Positions 40,529 through 52,728 of a stretch of 64,000 bases of DNA are shown in pieces (within the stretch, counting starts at the first letter, position 1; each line of letters begins with the position of its first letter). Origin of the DNA: Tubulanus polymorphus (Eukaryota; Animalia; Nemertea); NCBI RefSeq assembly GCF_964204645.1, contig NC_134025.1, forward strand, positions 27,322,299-27,386,298, in the 5' to 3' direction. The position numbers and the translations under genes are program-made. The notes below the pieces were generated by a model. That model had not been told where the DNA came from and did not search any database. It worked only from the letters and a program-made list of their open reading frames with translations.

Positions 40529-41734
40529 TCACAGGGTTTTAGCCGCGAATGCTTCTCCCTTTTCGATGCTTTTCTTCAACTCGGGCATCGCCGCATCGAC
40601 CAGGTCGACTTCGTACTTGAGAATTTTACCGATGCCGAGATTTTTCTCGACGCCGTTTCGCCCTAAAACGAGCGGCGTCGAGAAATATTTCGCTTCGGTA
40701 ATTTCAGATCGGACGAACGCGCATTCGACGACGTCGCTCTTACCGCTCAATGCCTCGAGCAACGAGTTGGTAAATCGAGCCGCCGCGTACGCCATCGAGA
40801 GAGTCGCCGACCCGGCGCCGTCTTTAGCCTCTACGACTTCGGTACCTGCGTTTTGTATGCGTACGATCAGCTTCTCTCGTTCTTCGGGCGGGAAAGAAAC
40901 AGGGGGCGTCGCCTGGGACAGCAATGGAATAATCGTAGCACCGGCGTGTCCACCGATCACCGGTACATTGACTTTCGAAGCGTCAAGACCTTTTACTTCG
41001 GCTACGAATCTGTTAGCTCTGACAATGTCAAGCGTTGTTACGCCGAAGATTCTATTTTGATCGTAAACGCCGTGTTTTTTGTACACTTCGCTGGCAATCG
41101 GTACGGTTGAGTTGACCGGGTTGGCGATGATCGCTAGTAAAGCTTTAGGACAGTATCTAGCAGCAGCGTCGCATAGGTCGCGTACGATGCTGGCATTGGT
41201 GTCGAAAAGGTCATCTCTGGACATACCTAAAAATAGAAGACAACTGATAATGAACAGCATTCACCATGTAAGAAGGTAGAGAACGTATCGATAAAATTGG
41301 CCTTAAATTTTCTCTAAATTTATCCCCAAGAACATAAGAATACATGAGACAAGCCATTCAAACCAATCAAATAATTTTCCAGACAATCTCGACTTACCAG
41401 GTTTTCGAGGAACGCCAGCTGGTAATACAACCACGTCGCAGCCGGTCAAACATTCTTCAAGCGATTCTGGTCCCAAGTGTCCGGTCACTTCACCGGGGGA
41501 TTCGATGTGACTGAGGTCTTTAGCGACACCGGGCGTATGCGCTATGTCGTAGAGTGCCAGGTGAGTGATCAATGGCTGGTGGTTTTTCAGCAGGAGAGAA
41601 AGCGGTTGACCGATTCCTCCACTCGCGCCCAGTACTGCGACCTTCGAGTCAACTCTCTGCGTCGTTGAGAAGTTGCGGCATAAGCCAACTGTCGCCAAGC
41701 GGACATTACTGGGGTTGCAGATCCTTGAAAACAT
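40529..41734 (-). CDS. MDH2: Malate dehydrogenase, mitochondrial (344 aa, two coding exons)
   Basis: Exons 41398-41734 and 40529-41226. Presequence MFSRICN...RNFSTT, then [63 protein letters not shown]. Confidence 0.96.
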
Positions 41735-42329
41735 TGTGTAATTTGCAGCGTCTGAATGGTATGACGGATGACCTTCTTCGACAAGAGAGAGAGTGGAGCT
41801 AACGAACACGTCAACCTAGCGACCGCTGTTCGCATTTGAGACCACTATACGAAACGACGTGATCGCATATATATGTGATTATCTGCTTTATTTTAGCCTT
41901 ATTGCATCGACACATTTGGATTTTTCATGTTTTAGCTACGTTAATTTTTTATCTTTCATTCCAGCTTCATCAGCGTTTCTCATTGAGATGAAAATAAAGT
42001 ATATATTCGCCAATATTGTTTTTCTAATCATTTCATTGAGATACATCTTTTTTAATCTATCTTGATTGAAACAAAATCATCTATTTTTTCCAATTCAGTT
42101 TCGGTTTAAGAATGATATTGCTCGTCGGACCGGTTTCAAGTTTTTTAATGTCGCTAACTTTCTCCACCGCACCTACCGGCAAAGTGCCTTTTTACTCCTA
42201 TCTATCAATTTCATAAAAGTCACATTAATCAAACATCTCATTTAGTAAAATATCAAAAAATAGCAAATCTATCTAAAACGTTTATTCATTTAAAATTATT
42301 TTTTCCGATTCCCAGTGAAAATAATCTTT

Positions 42330-42430
42330 TTTTTATAGCAAATTGGCACCATTATGAAACGTCGGATTTCATTGGCTGTTGAATGGACGATGAGGGTTTA
42401 GCCAGTTATTTCAGCCAATGAAAACGTAGG
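42330..42430. promoter_or_regulatory. CCAAT-box cluster in the MDH2/KPNB1 divergent promoter
   Basis: ATTGG at 42342 and 42371 and CCAAT at 42415, upstream of the KPNB1 ATG. Confidence 0.5.
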
Positions 42431-42574
42431 ATACAAATAAACAGTATCGCGACCGGCCAGAAAGACGTATCATTACGCGAGTTCTCCACACATGGTCCAC
42501 CGGCTGAAGGCAGGATCGACGACGGTGAAAAAGAAGAAACAAGGCGGCTACAGTTCACTGAATATACGAGCAAG

Positions 42575-45500
42575 ATGGATGTCCCTCTAGTGACAGTACT
42601 CGAGAAGACAGTATCACCGGGTATGGCATGAAAACTATGTCTTTTTGCATGCACTCGTCCATAAAAGTCGATGAAAATTGGCCTAACCCAAACCGTTCAT
42701 TTTAACCAGTTTCTCATTCTCATACTCATTCTGTTCTGAATCAACCTTTTTTCGATTGCCATGATAAAAAATGCTTGGCCTGTCCTCGACCTGGTCACTT
42801 CTCTCACACGTGCTGTTACTGATCAGAGGGATCCAAGAAACCTGTGATGATCGCAGAAAAAGATTTTGAAGTTTGATTAATTTCCCTTCAAAATTGCCCA
42901 GACCAGTCGCGCTTGACTTGAGATATATCTCTAGGTCTTGGATTCTGTGCAGTGCAGGCTTCATTTAGGCCTACTATTTTCTCTTCAGTGAGGTGGTAGT
43001 TACCCTACTTAATTTATGCAATAGATTCCGCCATATAGTCATTTTTCAGATTAGAAATTTTGCTTACACCTCTAGCAGTAAAGGTTACAATGACCTTACC
43101 TATATTTAAAAATATTACTTAGAAGTATTAAACGAGCATAAGATTTCATTAAATTTTCAATTTCAGATAACAATGAGTTGGAAGGTGCCCAGAAATACCT
43201 GGAACATGCTGCTACTACTGATTTGGTAAGTTCTTCATTTGATAGAGCGCATATTCTTTTGCCATCGATGTTGTATTCTGCGGTTCTTTTTATCAGCGAG
43301 AAATCTTCTTTTTTAGCCCGGTTTCCTCAAAGACCTGTCGGAAATACTAAAAAATAGAACATGCAGTCTTGTCGCTCGAATGCAAGCTGGTTTACAGCTG
43401 AAGAATTTGATCTATTCCAAAGATGTATCAGTTCGAGAGCAGTACCATCAACGCTGGTTACAAATACCGGAAAATATTCGGGCTTTCGTGAAAGCCAATG
43501 TACGTATTACTATCAGTCTCACGCATGCTCTCTGAATGACAATCCGTTATTCCATCAATAAGCAGTTGTTGGTCTGCCTTTATTATGCTTCAGTTTGTTC
43601 AGTAAGGATTTTGCATTCAGAAATGAACTATGAAATTGTTTTCATTTTCATCTATCAGTTCTCTGAGCATCCCTATAGAGCGTGTTTTTCAATAATAGGG
43701 GAGCATATGCTGAGTACCGTAAACAAATCACAGATAGGTGACGAAAACAAAAAAAAACAAGTCTGTCTGAACAAATTGATTATAACTAAGTTAAATCAAC
43801 TGATCACTAATGAAATTACAGATCAAAATGTCTTGACTGGGGGAGGGGTGAAGGTAGACCGTATTGTATTCGCTATTTTGAATGCTAATGAAAATATGTC
43901 TTATTTGAACAGTGTTTAGAGACCCTCGGAACTGAGTTGGGAATGAGACCGAGTCAAGCGGCTCAGTGCGTCGCATACATCGCGTGCGTCGAATTACCTC
44001 ATAACATGTGGCCAGATGTAATCCAGAGTCTGACAAAAAACGTTACGAAAGTAGCCAGCACTGATATGATGAAGGAATCTACCCTTGAGGCCATAGGCTA
44101 TATATGTCAGGACATCGTAAGTCATCACGTTAATAATAAGCGCTTTGTATCGTATCCACTATATAATATATGTTTATGAATGAGGTTTTATCTGTTTCAG
44201 GAGCCAAGGAACATCCTACAAACTCAAGCTAATGAAATTCTTACGGCAATTGTTCACGGAATGAAGAAAGAGGAACAAAAGTAATGAATCATCGACTTAT
44301 TCTGCTGATTATTCCGAAGATTGTGATTAGTTTCTATAATTGATATGTGTTTTGTTATTTCAGCGATCACGTTCGACTAGCGGCCACTAACGCGTTACTC
44401 AATTCTCTAGAATTCACGCGAGCTAACTTCGATAAAGATGTAAGAATTCAATATGAGCTTACTAAATCATTGAGAATAACATAGTGGAATGAATATATAT
44501 TATTATTATATATATACACATATTCTAGGAATGAATTTATTGTACTTCTCGTATGTTTTCAGACCGAAAGGAATTTTATTATGCAAGTTGTCTGCGAAGC
44601 GACTCAATCTGCTCATACCCCGGTCAAGGTCGCCGCTCTACAATGTTTAGTTAAGATTATGTCCATCTATTACCATTATATGGAAGCCTACATGGGACCT
44701 GCGCTATTTGCTGTAAGTTGTCTTCATGACAGTGGTTTCGAGAAGGTTCATCTTGAATCGCAAATAATTGACACTGCGTTGCATTTTACAGATCTCGCTC
44801 GAAGCAATGAAAAGTGAAATCGATGACGTGGCACTTCAGGGTATAGAATTCTGGTCTAATGTATGCGATGAAGAAGTCGATTTGGCTATTGAGGCATCAG
44901 AGGTATTTCATTGAGATCCGAATAGGATTACGCAAAAAATCAATCGAACCTTTTATGTTTTAAACGTAAGTTTACCATAAGATCCGTCTACTTAAATGCT
45001 CTCAATGATTTTAGGCAACTGAACAAGGGCGAGTGCCAGAAAAAAACAGTAGATTCTACGCTAAAGGCGCACTTCAATTCCTTATACCAGTTCTCACATC
45101 TTGTCTAACAAAACAGGTAAACATGTTTTGCCCACTAGGGACTTAAATCCCAGCTGGCTAATGTGATCACTTTTCATTCATCTGTCCGTTGATGGAATAT
45201 TTGGTTAATTTTGAAGATGCTTCATGGATTGTCTTGATATCGAGGTTATACAAGTACATGATAGATAGGACAAAACGTCCGATTGTCGAGCATTTTACTA
45301 AGTAGGCATGATGATCCGTGAGCCCTGTTTGCAACTTTCCATTGAACATTTGTTTTGAACAATTGATTATTTAATAACTCATTAATTACGACAGGAAGAG
45401 TTTGATGACGACGATGAATGGAATCCGTGTAAAGCTGCTGGTGTTTGTTTGATGTTGTTAGCCTCGTGTTGTGAGGACACGATCATAGAACACATTATCC

Positions 45501-48500
45501 CATTCATAACTCAGAATATTATAAACCCAGATTGGAGATTCAGGGATGCCGCGGTTATGTCATTAGGTAATGAACAATGATTCGTTCGTTTTATCTAACA
45601 GTTATGTAAGGTTTTACTCAGTAGTGTGATGGTTGTATTTCATAATTTCTATCGATAGGTTCAATACTAGAAGGCCCGGATCCGAGTACATTAGCTCCTA
45701 CGATCGAAGAAGCCATGCCTCAGTTGATCCATCTCCTGAATGATCAGTCAATTATCGTTCGTGATACGTCTGCCTGGACGATCGGTCGAGTCTGTGAGAT
45801 TATGCCAGAAGTCGGAATAAACCAGTCCTATTTAATCCCGCTTTTGGAGAATTTAGTCATCGGTTTGGAAGCTGTCCCGCGAGTGGCTGCTAACGTATGC
45901 TGGGTATGTCTTACTTACTTATCTTGATTGCATTTGGTCATTCGGATCATGGTTCCCTGAGACTCATTCGATTGGATTGTTCATTTAACCTCACAAGGAG
46001 ATAATACTCTTTGAAGTGTTGCCCTCGCTCTAAGCAGCAGGACGCGAACCTGCTTATCACTCGGAATAGATCATATACACCTATACAATGGTATTATAAA
46101 CCCTGACCTGTATGTGCAAGTGTGGAAGATGTAACATCTGAGGTTACTAGCACTCATAGACCCATTTACTCGGAGAAGCAATGAGGATAAGTATCTCAGC
46201 CAGTGATACCAGTAATGTATGGGGTTCAAAGCCAGACTCTGATCACTCCTCCACACTACTTCACTGCGTTTACATGAAGCCAACCATATATGATTGAAAT
46301 ATGTGAACTGTCACAGCATTTTCATTGGAGTCTACCCCGACCTGTATGATTAACATTCCCTTCTAAAACGCTATCGATTTAATTGCAGGCATTTTCAAGT
46401 TTGGCAGAAGCGGCGTACGAAGCCGCCGAAGTACACGATGATGAAGTTGAACCGAGGACGTATTGTTTAAGTCCATATTTCGATCAAATTGTTTTGAAAC
46501 TACTGGTAACCACAGATCGGTGCGTATTTCATCGAACGTGAATTACATATATTGATATGAATGCGCGTTGACTGATGAAATGTTTTTCAGAACTGATGGC
46601 AACACTCACAATCTACGAAATGCTGCTTACGAAGCTCTTATGGAAATGATTAAAAATAGTCCAACGGTACGAGATATTAGTTAAGATGCTTCGTGGTATT
46701 AATTCAACACCACTAACTTAGTAAATATTTGTGTTATTATTCATTTGCAGGATTGTTATAACACAGTACAAGCCACTACCATGACAATCCTGCTACGCTT
46801 AGAAAAAGTGTTACATATGGAGGTATTTTTCGATTTCTTTATTCTCTAAAACCGTTTTGAAAATTATTCACGCATAAATCATCATGAAAGGCTTTGTATC
46901 TTGTGTCTTTTTAGTCGGCAATTCAATCAAATTCTGATCGTGTCCAGTTCTTTGATCTGCAGTCATTATTGTGCGCTACACTACAGGTAATGGGGAGAAT
47001 TTTACAAAATTTTGAATTGCGATGCCGTTTGTACTGTTTCGTTAACTTGTTTTTGTTTTCATCATCGCAGAGTGTCCTTCGTAAAGTGAAACCAGAACAT
47101 GCCCCCGAACTATCTGACCAAATCATGAACGCCTTATTACAAATGTTGAATAACTGCATTGGAAAATGTGGTGGTGTTCAAGAAGACATTCTACTCGCTG
47201 TATCAACATTAGTTGAAGGTGAACTTTCATCAGAGACCATTTATCTAGTTTCGACGGAACATTTTGAAAAATCATCATGTAATACATAATTTAACCCCTA
47301 CTTACAGTGTTAGGCGGTAATTTCCTGAAATATATGGAAACCTTCAAGAACTTCTTAATGATGGGCCTAAAGAACTTTTCAGAATATGCGGTTTGTATCA
47401 ACACTTTGATTGTGATCGGGGAATTCTTTTTACGAAGATACCTGGTTTAAAAAGTGTGCTTTTGTCTACGTAGGTCTGTGTAGCAGCTGTAGGACTCATT
47501 GGTGATCTATGTAGAGCCCTTGGTAAACTGATACACCCTTACTGTGATGAAATAGTTCTTATCCTTCTACAAATACTTAGCGTAAGTTTTCTGTGTAGAG
47601 CCACATCTGTCGCCGGTAACTTGTTACGTTGCATTGTTTTATTCATGAATGTTTTATTTTATTATTTTGTGTTTAGAATGCTGGCGTTCATAGATCGGTA
47701 AAACCTCAAGTTCTGTCCGTATTTGGTGACATCGCCTTAGCCATCGGAAATGAATTCCAGAAGTATTTAGTAGTCGTATTGCAAACCCTCCAGCAAGCAT
47801 CTCAGGCCGAAGTTGAAAATCTAGTAAGATTCTCTTTTATTAAACTCTCTTAAGTTTATATTGAATCGACGCTTATTGGTATCATTGATTGTGTTTATAG
47901 GAAGATCCCGATATGGTTGATTATTTGAATGAGTTGAGAGAAGGCTGTTTAGAAGCGTACACCGGTATCGTTCAAGGTCTAAAGGGAGATGGAGAACAAG
48001 TTAATCGTAAGTCGATGTCGATTAAACTGTTGATCATTATTATTTGTTTGTTCAGTTTAGGTTGTATTATTATGAATATTGTCTGTACTTGTAGCTGAAG
48101 TTGCTATGATTCAAGGAAATGTGCCTCATATTATTAGCTTTTTGGAGGTGATTGCTCACGATCCATACAAAAGCGATGCCATTTTAGCGGCAAGCTGTGG
48201 ACTTATTGGGTAAGAAAAGTTATCTTACTTTTCCATCCATGACTCGGGGGATGTTAGTTATATAGACCGGTACCAGCTTAAACCCGATTGAAAATGAATT
48301 GAGTTAGCCGCCATGATTAAGTTATTACCAGTCTATAAAACTGGGTCCAGGGTATTCATGTGGTCTCATGCAACTGTAACTGCTTTCTGTCTATTAGTAT
48401 AATTTCACTTGCATTTACAGCGATCTTTGTTCAGCATTTGGAGTCAGTTTGCTTCCCTTATTAGACAAACAGCCCATCCATGATCTCTTGACTCAGGCTC

Positions 48501-48589
48501 GGCGTTCCAAAACAACAAAAACGAAAACAATCGGAACGTGGGCTACAAAGTCGCTTAGAAATATGAATAAAACGCAGTCGTCATGGTAG
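42575..48589 (+). CDS. KPNB1: Importin subunit beta-1 (karyopherin beta 1), about 20 exons
   Basis: Start [16 protein letters not shown], then [87 protein letters not shown]. Ends [20 protein letters not shown](W)*. Confidence 0.96.
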
Positions 48590-50959
48590 GTATTTCTGAA
48601 TTCTTGCTGCAGGTTGTATCTGGTAATAAGAGAGATTGACTGCTCTGCTCGAGATTGTTGTCGATACCGCGTGATTGTGTGTCGTCTTATTTTTTCAGAG
48701 ACGAACGCCCTCTAAAACGGGACGGGAGTGAACTTTGTGTGACCGCGAGTGTGTATGATATCATCTCTCCTTGTCATCATGTGGAAGTACAGGTCTCCCA
48801 CCTGCCCTGATAATGCTCCATCTCAATAGATGGCACTACTTTAGTCTGCTGACATAAATTGTTCTTCCGTAAAATTCATCGCATCTCGGCGTTTAAACGT
48901 AACACGTTGATCCTCATTCGGTGGATTAGTGCCTCTTGTCGTCAATGTGGTGCGGGTAACCCGCGAATTGTCGCACGTAATCGTACCAGTGGAATAGCGG
49001 TTGATCCCCTGACTCGACCCTCAGAAAACAGTTTGATAAACGTACTTGTAGATGGACATTGTTTTTTTGGTGATATCTCTTTATGTTTGAGCGACTAATT
49101 ATTTGTGATAATGTTGATGATACGGAACAAATATGAAAATCGAAATGCGAACTCGTCTTTTCGTGTGTGTAGATGCATTTAGTAGTGAAGACAGCGATGA
49201 AAGTCTGCAAATTATTTGAACACAAATTAGATTATTACAGTTTTTAGTGTCGAACGCGAGTTTTTGGAATATTTTCTTATGTTTTTGAATTTACATTCGC
49301 AGCGACTCGAAAACGTCAAAACAACAGATTAGGGATGATTTGTGGTCTCATTTTCTTTTCCCTGATATCAGACCTGAAGGTTGCAAATGGTCGTTATATG
49401 AGCTTATGTTATGTGCTATTATTTGAATTATTAGAAATGGTGCTTTAATCGCTCGATGTATTACTATTATTATTATTATTATTATACGAGATTGATGAAA
49501 CATCGAGATATCTCAAGTCGAGCCCCGAATTCCAAAATCGAACAGATTTTCTCTACTATACTTCATGATTATGCTCATTCTTCTTATGAACAACGAAAAC
49601 CATTTTGTGCGTCATAATATGTCTCGGACCCGCTTCATCCCGTTAAAACCTTCCACCCCTGCCTTCTGCATATTTTGACCGTTTGTTTGATGGTTCTGAG
49701 ATATGTACTTGTTAAGAGGAGTGGGTTTTACTGTATATTTTCTCATTCATTCGGTGTGATTGATTATATGAGTGTTTTCCAACTCTGTTGCTGTCATACA
49801 TTACTGACTAGAATAGTAGACTTTTATCATCAATACCTATTCATATTGTTATTGTCGAGTAGATCTTTATGTTGACAATGGTCAGTCGTGATGTTTTGTA
49901 TGATTGATGATAGATGGCGCTCAGAGATTGTGATTGTTAGCGTGTCTGTGATTACTGAGTTCTGCCTTTAACCGAAAATCGTCTCAATTTCCAGGCGGTA
50001 ATAAGTTCATTGTTTTCTAGACTAATTAACTCGGTTTATTTCAGTAAATGAATCGGAAACGAAGTGAATTTTGATGATGGCCGTATATCTATATATTTAC
50101 TTATTATACTAAGCGTATCCCCCAGCTAGGGGTTAGGGTTAGGTAATTGTTTTTTGGTCACTCGTAGATATTTCTATCGAAAGTTTAATCAATACTAACA
50201 TAGATAGCTGGGTGAATTATTATTGCAATTTGGCTGATTTGTATGGAATTCAGTCAACTTTTGTTGTCTTTCACTTTTGGTATCATCAATAACAGTTCTC
50301 TCGAACAACTGCTAAACACTGATTATTCGCACGAAGACGACGCATGATTCAAGTCTTGTCTTCGATGAAAAATAAATTTGTTGCTTACTTAGAATTAATG
50401 AAGCAAATGAAGATTGTTTTATATGACAAAATATGTGTGCATAATTTATTTGCCTATAAAACTGTAGCTTATTTTCATGTGTAGCCACCTTCTTTTTTTT
50501 TCTTTTATCGTTGTTATTAGCAACATGCCTGCCTGCCCATGAATTATTTGCGTAAAACACTTGTGGGATCGGCACTAGAGCTTCATCAGGCTGGATTAAA
50601 AACAGGCTGGATAAAAAAATCTATTAAAGTAAAAGGAATTAAAAAGTAAGTGAAACTAACAGATTTAGTTAATGATGATGGTAAGACCCATCATGCCAAA
50701 AATGATAATGTGCTCTCAATATATCGTTATAATGTTGACTGTTTCTATGAATTTTCTGAGCCTGTGATTCGCCCTAATACATTGAAAGCGCTTCGGAAAG
50801 GATCGAGAAAATGAAATCTGTTTTCTTGCATGGCAAATTAATTGGGTGGGATAAAAACGTTGTAGCAGATAAGTATCACAAAGTTCAATTTAACGGTACC
50901 AAATAAAAACTATTCTTTTCATACAATATTCACCGTGTTTAGTTTTCTCTTGCTGGACG

Positions 50960-51115
50960 ATGTTTCGATGACATCAGGTTCGAATCCCGGAGGCTGTGTG
51001 ATCTCTCAATAATCACGAGGAGCCGTTGGATCAAAATGACAAATGGCCCTATGGAGTGGAATTATGATTATATATGTAACAAACTGATGAAATTATAGAT
51101 ATTTGTATATTATTG
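50960..51115 (+). mobile_element. Possible tRNA-derived SINE remnant
   Basis: Pol III B-box GGTTCGAATCCC at ~50977, followed by a ~70-nt body and an AT-rich tail. No clear A-box or cloverleaf. Confidence 0.3.
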
Positions 51116-51343
51116 AGACAAAGGAGAAGTACGAACCATTTACACTAAAAGCCTGGTCCCTCCTACGTTTTACATGTACTTAAATTCTGTCTACATATCC
51201 ACTATTTACAGTTACCTGACTTTTCCAATTGAGAAGGCTTGCTGGCAGTTAAACAGCTCAATCGGACATGGCAGTATCTTTGAACCCATGGAGCAGTCGA
51301 GTGATCCAACGGTTGAAACTGGAATTTTCTCTGTTGACCGATT

Positions 51344-51697
51344 CGGCATAACCAGCTACAGAAAGTGCCGCACGAAACTCCTAGGGCGGATTGGACGCCC
51401 CACAAGGAAATTTTCCTTGTGGGACATCCAATATGCAAATTTTCAGACCCGTACGAAGGCGTTTGGTGCGAGCACACCTCCCCACAAGACCCCCGAGTTC
51501 CGCCATTTATTTGTCAAAGAAAATGTATTCGATTACATCACAGTGGCTGTTATATGAAGTGTTTACTAGACATTAGCCAGAAACGCTTCAAATTTTCAAA
51601 ATTTGCAGATTGGATGTCCCACAAGGAAAATTTCCTTGTGGGGCGTCCAATCCGCCCTAGGAGTTTCGTGCGGCACTTTCTGTTGCTGGTTATGCCG
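51344..51697. repeat. Inverted repeat with about 100-bp arms, each containing an internal palindrome (MITE/foldback-like)
   Basis: Arms 51344-51443 and 51598-51697 are near-perfect reverse complements around a 154-bp spacer. Each arm contains ttggacgccccacaaggaaa-tttccttgtgggacatccaa. Confidence 0.9.
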
Positions 51698-52728
51698 TCG
51701 AAAAAGTTCCGCCTTGTCTAGATTCGCACCAACCCAAAATAGAGGCTGCGTACGGGCCTGACAAACGTATTAACCCATGCATAAAATACAACCGGTGAAT
51801 GGTAATTTCATTTCTGCAGTCGGATCTAGCAGCGAGGGAATTTTCAATAATTCCTTACTGTATATAGGTGGATCTGTTTATACCTTATAGAAATGATCAA
51901 AACTAGTATATCGTATTAATGCGTTAAAATGTCTCGACGTTCGTTTCTTAGAATCGTCCCCGCCACACGACCACGAATGGTACGCATTTCACGTAATATT
52001 TTTGGAAATAATGTAGAATATCATTTCCCTTCAATCAATTTCTACTCGATTGAAACCAATAAATTGTTTCGATAAAATGATAACAAAAATTGAGTCGAGA
52101 AAAGAAAATGATGATTTATCCGATGTAATAAAATTCGTGCGCATATTGTTCCTAGCCGCGTTATGAATACTCGCCGAAAATTTACCACATTAAATATTGA
52201 GCATGTTAGCTGCGCGCACACAAATATACAGCGCTTGTTTTATGATAAAACCATTTTTAATGTTTCCCACCATATACCGGTCCAAACTGCCTGTTTTTAC
52301 TATACGGCATCTGTGAGCGATAAAAATTTTTACGAGTCACTGTCATTCGCTTTGATCTCGCCGCGGAGAATCCATTTTACTCGGGTGCTCCTCCCCCTGG
52401 CTTCGAGGCCAGGCGGCAACCGAACAAAACCGATAAATTTCTCTACTGGCTTGTCAGTTGTAATGGCCCTTGCTGCTATTTCGACCGAGCTCCACTCGTA
52501 AATTATATCGGCGCGGTGTATATGGGGGTTGTAAACGTTGTGAACCGGATCATTTTGCCCAGTTGAGCTCAAATCGAAGCAAGGGCCGGTAGTTTTTGGT
52601 GTCTTCTATCAATACGCAGACGATGCTTCTTGAATAAAATAGACGATCATATTTTGTTCTGTATATATATTCGTAATTATTCAAGAACTGTCATTCGGAT
52701 TAACGAGTTATCTCTTCTTGAAGAAAGG

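Noticed and set aside
40566-41060. 164-aa antisense ORF over MDH2
   Set aside because: It is a codon-register shadow of a GC-rich CDS with no recognisable motifs.
43690-43850. U17/SNORA73 homologue suggested by taggggagcata and tgactgggg
   Set aside because: The essential m1 (AUAUUCCUA) and m2 (AAACCAU) motifs and the terminal ACA are missing.
46095-46110. Telomerase RNA template (aaaccctga); also taaccct in the DDX18 intron
   Set aside because: Neither provides 1.5 copies of CCCUAA, and no U-rich pseudoknot is evident.
48241-48337. HDV-like ribozyme suggested by P1/P2-type crossing stems
   Set aside because: No canonical P3/L3, P1.1 GG or catalytic J4/2 C in the correct register.
50127-50143. 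Interstitial telomeric repeat (ggttagggttagg)
   Set aside because: Only about two units, too short to distinguish from chance or a common repeat motif.
51174-51721. ORFs of 91-127 aa across the inverted repeat
   Set aside because: No transposase or other domain; open frames reflect the GC-rich palindromic sequence.
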